Position numbers and translations under genes: made by a program. A stretch of DNA of 64,000 nucleotides from the NCBI GenBank assembly GCA_030390025.1, contig CM059432.1, forward strand, positions 103,480,001 to 103,544,000, given 5' to 3'. Every line of letters begins with the position of its first letter. The stretch's first letter is position 1. Shown here one piece after another: positions 50,236-62,256 of the stretch. This stretch comes from Squalus acanthias. Lineage: Eukaryota. Below the pieces are notes generated by a model. That model was given only the letters and a program-made list of their open reading frames with translations. It did not search any database and had not been told where the DNA came from.

Positions 50236-53065
50236 TGAGGCAGATTTTGTGGTGGGTATGATAGCGTGCTCAGTATGGCGTCATACCGCCTTTGAAATTG
50301 ACAGCAAGTTCGGGATTTCCGCATGCATTTGCTTCGCTAAATCCCGAACTTGCAATCTGTCAAGGTACGCCTTGACAGATGATCCACACAGACGGGGAAA
50401 TACTCATTGCTGGTGCAGAGTTGGGCTAATTGCCCACCAACTGCCCAGCAATTACGGATGAAAATGTTACAGTTAGTGAAAGCAGGCGCAGGAGCCTGTT
50501 CACCGTGAAAGGAAGCCAGAAGACCGTGCAGGCATTTTCTGCCGTGGTTCCTGACAGCGGGTGCACTTTGAAAGTTGCCGAGAAAGTTTGCAGAGTGACT
50601 TCAATAATTTAGTATTGTCTGCAAAACTATATTACCCACCAAACACAATTTGATAAAGTAATAAATACCATTTAGGCATATGGTAATGACATGACTCAAT
50701 TATTATGACCAAAATTTTAAGTGGCGGAATTCTCCCTCTTCTTAGGCAGTCCCTCGGAACCGAGGATGACTTGCTTCCACATTAAAAATGAGTTCTCAGG
50801 TGACTGATGAGTCCAATGCGGGACCTGCAGTCTCTGTCACAGGTGGGGCAGACGGTGGTTTAAGGGGCGGGTGGGTGAGGTGCTTGGGTTGACGGGCGCT
50901 CCTGGCGAAGAGACTCGAGGTGTTTGGCGCCTTCCCGGATGCTTCTCCTCCACTTTGTGGGGTCTTGGGCCAGGGATTCCCAGGTGTCAGTGGGGATGTT
51001 GCACTTTTTCCAAGGAGGCTTTGAGGGTGTCCTTGAAGCATTTCCTCTGCCCACCTGGGGCTCTCTTGCTGTGTCGGAGCTCCGAGTAGAGCGCTTGTTT
51101 TGGGAGTCTCGTATCGGGCATGCGGACGATGTGACCCGTCCATCGGAGCTGATCGAGCGTGGTCAAAGCTTCGATGCTGGGGATGTTGGCCTGAGCAAGA
51201 ACACCGACGTTGGTGCGCCTATCCTGCCAATGGATTTGCAGGATCTTGCGGAGGCAGCGTTGGTGGTACCTCTCCAGTGCTTTGAGGTGCATGCTGTACA
51301 TGGTCCATATCTATAAGGCATACAGCAGGGCGGGTATCACTGCTGCTCTGTAGACCATGAGCTTAGTGCCGGGTTTGAGGCCCTGGTCTTCAAACACTCT
51401 CTTCCTCAGGCGACCAAAGGCTGCACTGGCACACTGAAGGCGGTTTTGTACTTTGTCATCGACGTCTGCCCTTGTTGACAGCAGGCCCTTGAGGTATGGA
51501 AAGTGGTCCACGTTGTACAAGGCCTTGTCGTGGATTTTGATAATCGGGGGGCAGCACTGTGTGGCAGCACTGTGTGGCGAGGGCAGGTTGGTAGAGGACC
51601 TTTGTCTTACGGATGTTTAGTGTAAGGCCCATGCTCTCGTACGCTTCGGTGAAGGTGTTGACGATGGTTTGGAGTTCGGCCTCCGAGTGAGCGCAGACGC
51701 AAGCATCATCTGCATACTGTAATTCGATGACAGAGGATGGGACGACCTTGGATCTGGACTGGAGGCGACGGAGGTTGAACAGTTTCACGTTTGTTCTGTA
51801 AATTAGCTCCACTCCAGCGGGGAGCTTATTGAGGGCGAGATGGAGCATTGCAGCAAGGAGGATCGAGAAGAGCGTTGGTGCGATGACACAGCCTTGCTTG
51901 ACCCTGGTCCATACGTGAATTGGGTCTGTGGTGGAACCGTTGGTCAGGATCACGGCTTGCATGTCGTCATGAAGCAGGCGGAGGATGGTGACAAACTTTT
52001 GAGAGCAGCCGAATTTGAGGAGGACACTCCATAATCCCTCACGGTTGACGGTGTCGAAGGCCTTTGTGAGATCAAAGAAGGCCATGTACAGCGGTTGGTG
52101 CGGTTCCCTGCATTTCTCTTGTAATTGACGCGCGGTGAAGATCATGTCCATTGTGCCCCTTAGTGGGCGGAATCTGCATTGCGACTCTGGGAGGAGCTCT
52201 TCGGCCACTGGGAGATGGCAATTGAGGAGGATTCTTGCAATGACTTTCCCTGTGGCAGACAGCAGGGAAACTCCTCTGTAATTACCGCAATCGGACTTGT
52301 CACCTTTCTTGAAGATGGTCACGATTACAGCATCTCTGAGATCCCCTTGCATGCTCTCCTCCTTCCAGATAAGAGAAATTAGTTCATGAATTCGCGCCAG
52401 TAGTGCTTCTCCGCCATGTTTTAGCGCCTCGGCGGGGATTCCATCTGCTCCTGAGGCCTTGTTGTTCTTCAGTTGTCGGATGGCCTTTTCAACCTCATGC
52501 CGGGCTGGGGTTGTGCTGAGATGGTGGCGGGTGGCATGCTGCGGGATGGAGTTGAGGACACTCGCGTCGAAGACAGAGTCTCGGTTAAGGAGATCTTCGA
52601 AGTGCTCCTTCCAGCGGGCACTGACTGCCTCTCTGTCCTTGGTGAGTACCTCTCCGTTCTTGGCCCGCAGTACGGTAGGACCTTGGGTGCCTGGGCCGTA
52701 GATGGTCTTGACTGCGCTAAAGAATCCACGCACGTCGTGGTTGTCGGCTAGCTGCTGGATCTCCTGCGCTTTCTCCACCCACCATCTGTTCTTTAGGTCG
52801 CGAGTTTTTTGTTGGACCTCGGCCTTCAGGCGTCCGTAGAGCTGCTTTCTTGCTCTCGAGTTGTGTTGCTGTTTCCAGATCAGGAATGCCTTGCACTTGC
52901 GGCTTATTAGCTCCTGGATCGCCTGGTCGTTCTCGTGGAACCAATCTTGCGGAATAAAACGTAACTGTGTACATATAATTTCCAATTACTTTAAAAATTA
53001 AATGTTACTTTAAATGTCATTGTATGCAGATCAGAACAAATGTTACTTTCCATTTTCTTCCTTGC
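50236..53065. mobile_element. Non-autonomous DNA element (family of 13299-14031) inserted in the CR1 and itself interrupted by an RTE
   Basis: GC-rich start GAGGCAGATTTT...CAAGTTCGGGATTTCCGCATGC...AAATCCCGAACTTGC, similar to 13370-13425; non-CR1 sequence continues 52956-53065. Confidence 0.5.
50731..52948 (-). mobile_element. 5'-truncated RTE-clade LINE (RT region)
   Basis: 509-aa frame QDWFHEND...GNYRGVSLL...AFFDLTKAFDTV...VKQGCVIAP...LQYADDA; C-terminal frames LRWTGHIVRMPDTRLPKQ; tail GAGGGACTGCCTAAGAAG; TSD GCGGAAT at 50724-30 and 52949-55. Confidence 0.93.
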
Positions 53066-53305
53066 ATTAATTTTCTCTCAGACTGGGAGAAGCAGAACAG
53101 CTCAAGTAGTAAAGGCAACAAATTTCTAAAATGTATTCGGGACAGTTTCTGGAACAATATGTTTTAGAACCAATAAGGGCTAAGGCAAATTTAGTGATGA
53201 GTAATGAACCAGAACAATCTGACAGTCAGGGAACATCTTGTGAATATGACCATAATACGATTGAATTTGACATTAGGTTTGAGAGATAGGAGGGAGTGGC
53301 ATAAA

Positions 53306-53442
53306 CAATGTTCGCCCTAAGGTGCGCGGAGGTGCACCAATCGCGAGGTCCCGCGCAGGCCGCTCACCAGTGCTGCCGCTGGAAGAGATACCGCGCAGCA
53401 AATTTAAAGGGCCCTTGCAGGGGGAAAAAAATTAGAACATTG
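53306..53442. mobile_element. 137-bp hAT MITE
   Basis: TIRs CAATGTTC...GAACATTG; degenerate 8-bp TSD GGCATAAA / GTCACAAA. Confidence 0.7.
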
Positions 53443-54741
53443 GTCACAAACTAAAGTTTTAAATTTAAGCAAGGCAAACTTCAAAGGGCTGAGAAATTGC
53501 CCACCGTAACTTGGGTTGAACTGTTAATGGGTAAACCTACAGACAAACAGTGGGAAGTATTCAAAGACATTTTTGGTATAATACAAAACCAGTACATATC
53601 CCTAAAAGACAAAAGCTCCACTTGTGCAGTTAAGCAACAATGATCAACAAATGAGGTAAGAGACAGTATCGAGCTAAATGAAAGGGCTTACGCAAATGCA
53701 ATAAAAACTGGAAATCCAGCAGACTGGGAGAACTATAAAAAGCAACAAAGGAATACAAAGAAAGTAATGAGGTGCAAAAAGGGAATATGAAAGCTTTGAT
53801 ATCCCTTGCAAGTTAACAGTAAAAGTTTTTATAAATATATTAAGAGAGAGAGTGGCAAGATGGAATGTGGGCCCATTAAAGACAGATGCAGGTGAGACTA
53901 AAATGGATAATAAGGAAATGGCAGACATGTTAAATGAATACTTTATATTCATTTTCACTGCTGAGGAAGAGATGAATACGAGAGGTACAAGGGAACCTAA
54001 AAACAAGTCATGGGGAGGAATTTAGTATAAGTAAAAAATGGTAATGGAGAAAATAATGAGAATTAATATAGACAAATCTCCAGATCCTGATGATTTCCAC
54101 CCTAGGGTATTAAAAGAAATAGGTGAAGGTATTGCAGATGTGTTAGTCATAATTTTCCAAAGCTATCAAATTGCAAATGTCACTTTCATTTAAAAAAGAG
54201 GGAGGGAGAAACTCAGTAACTACAGACCTGTCATATGGACTTCTAGAAGGCATTTGATAAGGTCCCGGATAAGAGATATTAGCAAAAAATAAAAACACAC
54301 CAAATTGGAAGTAACCTTGTGACAGGGGTTGGGAGACAGAGAGAAAGCAGCATAAAATGGCTTGGTGAAGGGAAAGCGCACCGGAAGACATCGGCCCACG
54401 GCTCACTGGAAATTAGACCTTGAGCCTCATTTACATAAAACAGGCAAGCTGCGAATGCCAATCGGATGTCCTGGTGCAGCTCGCTGGTCAGGGCCTCAGG
54501 AAATAGGCTGGTTCTGACGTCGGACCGGTCCGCAGGTAGGTCCAGGGAGGGGGCGGCAGATGTGAATTGGAGGGGGCAACCCATGGCCCACAGTACTGTT
54601 GTGGAGCCAGAAGCATGCCCAAAAAATGGGCACACCAGAGACAAATTTCTCCCCCTATATTCCCACTTCTCTGTTACTTAATTCAAATTATTGGATAATT
54701 CAACAATATTTTAGTGCAGTAAACAACGTTGAATTATCAAA

Positions 54742-55167
54742 GAAAGACTTACATTTATATAGCGCCTTTCACAACCACCAGTTGTCCCAAAACACTTTAC
54801 AGCCAATGAAGTACTTTTGAAGTGTAGTCACTGTTGTAATGTAGGAAACGCAGTAGCCAATTTGCGCACAGTTGAGGCAGAAGATCAGCCATGATCTCAT
54901 TGAATGGCGGAGCAGGCTCGAAGGGCCTACGCCTGCTCCTATTTCTTATGCTCCTAGTGCCATGGGATCTTTTACGTCCACCTGAGAGAGCAGACGGGGC
55001 CTCGGTTTAACGTCTCATCTGAAAAGCGGTACCTCCGACAGTGCAGCACTCCCTCAGCACTACACTGGAATGTCAGCCGAGATTTTTGTGCTCATGTCTC
55101 TGGAGTGGGACTTGAACCCACAACCTTCTGACTCAGAGGTGAGTGTGCTGCCCACTGAGCCAAGGCT
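54742..55167 (-). mobile_element. SacSINE1/DeuSINE-type SINE with internal replacement by a CR1 tail
   Basis: Tail 54742-54871 and core plus head 54955-55167 colinear with other copies. Confidence 0.88.
54872..54954 (+). mobile_element. Isolated CR1 3' tail
   Basis: GATCAGCCATGATCTCATTGAATGGCGGAGCAGGCTCGAAGGGCCTAC.CCTGCTCCTATTTCTTATG. Confidence 0.85.
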
Positions 55168-57369
55168 ATCAGGAGTAGATTGCACCAGGGAAAAAAACCT
55201 CTTGATTTAAAAAGCAGTAAGTGTTCAGAATAATCTACCAAGCAAGCTAAAGACAAAAACATTGGGGTTATTCAGAAAACTTCTACATGCTATAATGGAA
55301 GAGTTAATGTACTTGAAGTATGAGCTTTGATGGAGTAGATGGTCTTTCATGCAGGAGTAAATATTCTATCTGCCTTTTTTTCAGGGGGAGAAAGTTGTAC
55401 AAAGTCCACAGGACCGGTGAATTAGTTTGAGCAGTTGCTGCATCTGTTTTCTGACACCAGCGGAAGTGCAACTATTTACATAGCTTACCGAGGGCCTCTA
55501 GTGGTGCAAACCTACTATTAACAAACATTGCAAAGGTAACTGGACCCCTGTAAAATGCCCAAGGGCTAACATTTTGAAACTGTCAGATTCCTTCTTAGTA
55601 GGGACACATAATTCTTCCCGCCCTGTTGGATGCTATTTCCAGTTTTATCTGAAAGGAGAATCACAGTCCAGTCAATTTGTTCCAAATCTTTCCCTATTGA
55701 TTTACATTAAAGTTAATCTGTCATGCATGCAAACAATTAAAAGATAGGCAGGTTTTGAAAACAAACCCCGAAAGTAGATCCCTGATTCAACAACTTAAAA
55801 AAAAAGATAGTGAACAGCTTCTTGATTAAAACCTGGTGTTCAAGACATCCAAATTCTGAACGAACACCTTTTATTAAAACAATGCTACTTCTTTTTTCAT
55901 GTTAACTGCTTATCCATGGGACACAATGGTTTCTGTGCTGCTGGGCTTGGGCGTGGAAGTAAACGTGATCCACACTGGACTGCTAGCCAGCATTTGACTA
56001 TGGAGATGTGGGATGAATATTCCTAAATTTCTGATTACCCTTTAAGGGTCAGAAAGTATTTACACAGAGCCTTCCCGTAGACTCAGGGTGGGATAGAGTC
56101 CATGATTGGTGGAAGGAATAGGCTGGTTGGGCTGAGTTGCCTTTTCCAGTTCCATGGTTTATCTTCATATGAATTATGTTACAGGTTCAACAGATAATGT
56201 AAAGAGTATGGCTGAAATTTAATTCATGGCGTCATCAGTGGAAAGCTCGACTGAGACCAAGGGGAAGCAGCTTAACTATGACCACAAAAGCCGGGACTAT
56301 ATATTATGAACAAAGAATTTTTAGGTACAGGAAAAAGGCCTTTTGGTTCAACAAGCCCATCCCTTTTTAATACCTTCTATTTTAAACCACTCAGCACCAG
56401 AATTGTGTTATGATATCTATTACTTATCAAAATATGTATTTTTCCCATTAACAAGTTGCTATGCAGATTTACTTTGAGGACGCACTAAATGTGTAGAAAG
56501 TAATTTTTAATCCTGTGGGAAACATGGGGGAAATTTGCAGTTAAAACAAGAATGACAGAATACTCTATTTGGAAATGCTAATAAATGTTTCCAACAAAAG
56601 CCAACATATATATTACTCCTTTACTCTTGACAATCATAATCAGTTATTCATCTTGTAGTTCAACAACAGTAATGACTGCCAACTTTGCATTTCAGTGAGT
56701 CTGTCTTGTCACATTCTGCCCCCATAATGCCACATAATAATGGGCATTACTAGACATACTTTGAATGTGCATAAATTATAGAAACTTGAGCGCACGGGAA
56801 TAATGTCTCTCAACTTCCCCAAATTCAGAGATTACAGCAATAGATTATTTTGCAAACTCCTTTAACTGAACTTTATATTTCAATAAGGGAAGTCTGCTCT
56901 GCCTCAAGCTCACATGCATTACAACCTAATTGGGATACATTTCATAAATTATACTCCGTACATTACATTCAAATAAAAATGGCCGCATTTATACTTTCCT
57001 GTGAATTGGTTCAGTTTTTAAACCTTTTTAATACTGCTCAACCATCATTAACCCACTAAGCAACAGCACAGCTAAACGATATTAGTTACTGATTTTTTGA
57101 TTACAAACCAGTTACAGTACATCACAAGATGATTAAGTAAATACGGATAAGGAAGCCCATTCAGCCCATCTTAGCTTATTGGTCCACAACACACCTACGG
57201 TTCCATCACAGCACTCAACTGTTTCGTAAATTGCTGCAAAAATTTCATGGCATTACTCGAGCTTGCCTTTCAGCAGTTTGAACCTGCTCCCTCTTGTCCT
57301 ACCATTATGACTTAAATCAAAGTAGGGTCTTGAATGGTCGCTGAAGAATGTGGGTTAAGTTTGTAAAAT

Positions 57370-57602
57370 TAGAGTTGCCAATTCTGATTGGAAGCATTCC
57401 TGGAGGTTTGATCACATGATCTGCAAACAGCATTTTTAACCCCTTTATTAATTATAAAAATATTGGAGAAAAGCGTCAAAGAAAATGAAACAAAACAAAC
57501 ATTTTTTTTAATTCCCCGCATGGGATGCTCGCAGCAGTGTTCAGAAGATTAATCTTTCATTCATGCAGACTCCAGGACAATCCTGGAGGGTTGGCAACCC
57601 TA
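57370..57602. mobile_element. hAT (Tip100-like) MITE
   Basis: TIRs TAGAGTTGCCAA...TTGGCAACCCTA; subterminal TCCTGGAGG repeats; TSD not preserved. Confidence 0.65.
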
Positions 57603-59684
57603 CTTGTGGTTGCACTGCCACTCTCACACTCTTCAGGCTGCTTAACCCCATGATGTCCTCAGAATGCCATCCCTTAAATTCCAGTCTAGTAATGTACTGT
57701 CATATATGGAATAATGTAATCCATATGTGCACCGAGGAAGGTTCCACCTGAAACATCTACCTTTTTCTTTTAGATTCCACACATCTTCAGCATTTTGTTT
57801 TCATTTTCTATCTGTTAGATGTGATATTCGATCTTGAAATATATTCACAAATGGCTTCCACTGAAAGGCGCATTCAGTTCCAAAACAAACTGCAAAACTC
57901 CTTTATATGCAGTACTTGGAAGCGAGAGTGAAATCTAACGTCCATTTTTCTTACAACTAAGGGCATATACATCAATAATCATAAATCAATTAAGCGTGCA
58001 TTCCAAACTAAATCGAAAGGAGGGATGAAAGGAGAGACTTCTTTTGTTAACTATTTGTAATGAAATCGTAAACACATTATACTCACATTTACGATTTCAC
58101 TACAGACTGTGAACAGAGGAAGTCTTCTCCCATTATCACCATTAAATTGAATAGCATTTGGTTGGGATACAACAATAATTTCTTTACGAATACAAGTATG
58201 GCTTATGCGGCCAAGTGTTGTCCCTTACAGGTATTCAAGAACCTTTGGAGTATATTAAACTAAATGTATGTGTCCCCTTTAAAATGACTTGAGTAAAAAT
58301 GCAGAAGGGGGTGAAAGAACTGCTCATGACTGTAGAGAAAGCATATGTTAATTTCTTAATGTCACAAGTGAGCCAACAATTGTGGTGTGGGAATACGGAG
58401 AAAAAAAAACACAAGGAAAGCAGGGAAATGAGGAGAAGTTTCAGATAGAGACTTCAAGTCTAAAACTGTTCCAACATTTTCATAGTTACCGCATCTTGAA
58501 GATCAAGTGCCCAATTTTCCCTCTCTTGGCCTGATGAATTTGAATCTGAATTAAACCATGAGCAAACTATCATTCCAACAAGTGCTGGAGGCCAAAATGT
58601 TTTAACCAGCTACATAAATTAGATGTGCAAGAGAGATTCAAATTATGGGGCTGATGATGGCAATATTAATGTTGAACAGCATGGCATTTGAAAATCTTAC
58701 TAAATTTATACCAGCAATATAGGAGTTAAAATGGAAACGGCTTCATGGGGTCAAAGATTTCTTCCTTTGATCAAGCAGATGTCAGCAAACCATTATCTGT
58801 GTAATAAGTGGGCTTGTTACAAGCTTCAGAGACAGGCAAATGTACAGAAGATTCATCTGATCTAATACCTAATTGAGAATTAAAAGTAATGTTCGAATTA
58901 TAAAGAGTAATGACTAAAAAGAGCACCAGTAAGGTCACATGCCTCTCTTGCTCCATAACTTCAGGTATCAGAAAGCTTATCAGTGCGCTAAACAAGGTTG
59001 TTATAAGTCTTACAGATAGTCAAAGGGAAAAGAGTTATTCTTTCCAATATATTTTTAGTGGATGTCCTGGACTCAGAAAAGAAAAAGTTGTTAATTATTC
59101 ATTTCCAGATGGCCTAGTATCTGATTACAAGTTGCAACTTCAGGTAATTAAATGAAAACAACAGAGCACCTCTTGATCACTCTACTACTCGGCCCATTTG
59201 CTGTAGTCCATTGAGGGTGCTTTTTCATTCCTGCACCACATTCAATGGTATGCTCTGACACACAACAGTCAGTAAACATCTATCTCTGCTCATTACACTC
59301 AGGGATAAATGGGTGATTTTTCAGATGAAAATAGAAAGACATCAACTTGCACTGCTTACACAGATTGGTTGGCAACACATTGACTGGAAAAGGTTTCTTG
59401 AAAATCATTGGTATTAAACAAATGGCATTTTTTAAATTATTATTCATCGGAGCTGTACCCGAATGGTTTCCACACATCTTTTGCCTGTTAGCAGCTTGAA
59501 AGGTCACATGTCGTTCTGCGGTATTAATTGGCAAAGTTAGATTCTATTGTGAATTGCTAAAGTTAATATCAATACAACCATACTGTATTGCGACATCCTA
59601 CATGTCAAACAAATTAGCTTTGTTCAGTAGTGCATAGCATGTCGCATCAAGCCACCACTTGATGTCTTACACACCTCACTTAAT

Positions 59685-60423
59685 GGGCCGGATTTTCCAA
59701 TCGGCGGCTTCCTGCAGGGAGATGCCTCCGATCGAAAGAAATCTACGCACTTACCTGCTGGCTCCGAGACTTCCGATCCTGGGCCTCTGCTCTCCGAAAA
59801 TGCACAGAGGCCCAGGTATCCGAGGGGTGCAGGCAGTTCGCAAGATTCCCTGGGATCACGTGGGCCATGGGGAACCAATCATCAAAGAAGGGAATCCCCC
59901 TGCACACTTTTGACAGGTCTCTACGCACGGATCTGCCAAAAGTATGAATGGGGATCACTTGAAAAAGTTAAACATTAAATAATTTTTTTTTAAATCACGT
60001 ATTTAAAATTAGTTAAAATTACATTAAATTAAATATTTGAAACAAAAAAAAAATTTTTGTTTACGGCTAAAAATAGGCTTGCCTTTTTTTAAAGTATTTT
60101 TAAATTATAAATGAGTGAAAAAAATATTTTTTTACATTTTTTTTAAACTCTTATGCTGGTAAAAGCAGGCATTATGCCTGCTTTTACCAGGTGTAAGATT
60201 TTTAAAGGTTTTCAGCGGGCGGAGGTTGTGCAGAGTGCGGAACACTCTGCCCGCAGAGGCCCTTCTCCCGGGCAGGCGGATGATCTGTCAAGAGGATTCT
60301 TGACAGATCGGAAATGCCGGGTTTTAGTGCATGCGCTTCGCATGCCTGAAACCGGCACTTGCGAGGCCCCTACGGGCGCGTACACACCTCATACACACCC
60401 GTGGGGGTCAGAATATCTGGCCC
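59685..60423. mobile_element. Non-autonomous DNA transposon (Harbinger-like MITE)
   Basis: TIRs GGGCCGGATTTTC / GAATATCTGGCCC; CpG-rich arms around an AT-rich core (59965-60150). Confidence 0.65.
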
Positions 60424-60754
60424 ACAGTATCAAATGGTAGCAGGATTAGCCTACAAATCAGCTACCAGTTGCTACTATAAATGCACAACTTGTTATAATC
60501 TGACAATTCTAGTAGGTTTTTGTTAAAAGCGTGGAGGGTGGGGGGAAAAGCAAGTAGTTTACTTGTTAACCTCTCCCTTCCCCTTTCTGGGCTTCTTGTA
60601 TTGATGAAGAAGTACTGTACTGTCCCAACAAATTCAGTGGCCAGTTTTAATTGCCTGTGCAGTTAGTGAACTTGCTTCACACTATAAAGTGCGCTTTCCA
60701 CCCCCTCCCCTGGCAGCTTTTACTCACCCTGATGGTGACCATGGTTCTATCATG

Positions 60755-61140
60755 ATAGCAAAATACTGCGGATGCTGGAAATCCGAAATAACAACAGAAA
60801 ACGCTGGAAAAACTCAGCAGGCCAGGCAGCATCCGTGGAGAGAGAAACAGAGTTAACGTTTCAGGTCGAAGACCTTTCGTCAGAACTGGAAAAAGGCAGG
60901 AAATGAAATAGATTTAAAGCAAGGATAAAGCTGGGAAAAGGGGGAGGGGATGAAAGAACAAAAGGAGAGATTAAGAGGCATTGAGAGACATTAAGAGATG
61001 CAAACACAAGAAGGGAAACTGAAAGCAGTGAAGATGAACAAGGTTGAAGAGACAAACGGAGGTCCTGTCGAAGAGAAGAGCAGAACTTCTTCAAGGTAGG
61101 CATTCCTAGAAGAGAGGTGGCAGTGGATCTCTTGCACACT
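60755..61140 (-). mobile_element. Internally deleted Penelope-like element (probable ORF start joined to pLTR 3' end)
   Basis: 60755-61000 closely matches 61431-61672; 61000-61140 encodes MPTLKKFCSSLRQDLRLSL, resembling the N-terminus of shark PLE ORFs as recalled. Confidence 0.75.
60851..60887 (-). ncRNA. Minimal hammerhead ribozyme motif, intact
   Basis: AGTT-CTGACGA-A-AGGTC-TTC-GACCT-GAAAC-GTT-AACT. Confidence 0.75.
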
Positions 61141-61529
61141 GGCTACTGTTAACCTTCTTGTGATGTAAACAGGGTGGTTTTAATGGCAGTACTGCTTCCT
61201 ACAGCAAATTTACAATATTGAGGTTTTAAGTGCAGATCAGCACTTTGCAACATTCTGAGTTGTGAGAAGAGTTCGAAGTTTTCAATTTTCACCTGTAAAG
61301 AATGCTGAGTGAAACCTAAATGGCTCTTCTATCCTGTTCCGTTTGTAACGTTTGCTAGGCAGCCATTACTGTTAAATGTCACGGATTTCTGTAGATGTTT
61401 ATTAATACTTCAACTGTTGGTTTCTCATACGATAGCAAAATACTGCGGATGCTGGAAATCCGAAATAACAACAGAAAACGCTGGAAAAACTCAGCAGGCC
61501 AGGCAGCATCCGTGGAGAGAGAAAAAGAG

Positions 61530-61566
61530 AGTTAACGTTTCAGGTCGATGACCTTTCATCAGAACT
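61530..61566 (-). ncRNA. Minimal hammerhead ribozyme motif, intact
   Basis: AGTT-CTGATGA-A-AGGTC-ATC-GACCT-GAAAC-GTT-AACT. Confidence 0.78.
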
Positions 61567-61833
61567 GGGAAGAGCTGGAAATCAAATAGATTTAAGGCCA
61601 GGGTAAAGCTGGGAAAAGGGGGAGGGGATAAAGGAACAAAAGGAGAGATGAAGAGACATTAAGAGATATGCAAGGCTAGAGGTGGTGTTAATGTGACAGA
61701 TTAAGGCTGAATGAAGTGTGAAATCCACTGGCAGAATGAAGGACAGCTGCCAGCTTCTAGGAGGAAAAAAAAGGTGGGGGGGGACAAATAAAAGGGTGGA
61801 TAAAATAAAATATAAATGTGATTGGAGCTGAGG

Positions 61834-62256
61834 TTATGATCTAAAATTGTTGAACTCGATATTGAGTCCAGAGGGCTGTAGCGTGCCTAAACGAAAGATG
61901 AGGTGCTGTTCCTCGAGCTTTCGCTGAGCTTCCGTGGAACAGTGTAATAGGCCGAGGACGGTGAGGTCAGAGTGGGAGTGAAGCGGTGAATTAAAGTGAC
62001 AGGCCACCGGGAGCTCGGGGTCCCCCTTACGGACTGAACGGAGGTGTTCCGCAAAGCGGTCACCCAATCTGCGTTTGGTCTCCCCAATGTAGAGGAGTCC
62101 ACATCGTGAGCAGCGAATACAGTATACTAAATTGCAGGAAGTACAAGTAAATCGCTGTTTCACCTGGAAGGGGTGTTTGGGGCCCTGGACAGTGGGAAGA
62201 GGGGAGGTATAAGGGCATGTGTTGCATCTCCTGCGTGATCCCACCACCAAACACAT
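61834..62256 (-). CDS. Stand-alone GIY-YIG endonuclease ORF (140 aa from an ATG lying in the spacer)
   Basis: MCLVVGSRRRCNTC...NLVYCIRCSRCGLLYIGETKRRLGDRFAEH...VACHF...RKLEEQHLIFRLGTLQPSGLN; no stops; expression unknown. Confidence 0.55.
   Translation of the reverse strand: MCLVVGSRRRCNTCPYTSPLPTVQGPKHPFQVKQRFTCTSCNLVYCIRCSRCGLLYIGETKRRLGDRFAEHLRSVRKGDPELPVACHFNSPLHSHSDLTVLGLLHCSTEAQRKLEEQHLIFRLGTLQPSGLNIEFNNFRS

Larger units (their letters stand above)
49540..54360 (+). mobile_element. Old decayed CR1 (ORF2 start to RT) hosting multiple nested insertions
   Basis: Remnants LNCLCCN, GYDVVVI, WELNIPAYRIFRKDR and VVIIGD, then after 53065 FLKCIRDSF, NVGPLKTDAG, KSPDPDDFHPRVLKE and KAFDKV. Confidence 0.78.

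Noticed and set aside
55461..55507. ETS-like CGGAAGTG and CTCF-like CACCACTAGAGGCC (minus) motifs
   Set aside because: Short motif matches cannot be distinguished from chance without ChIP or conservation data
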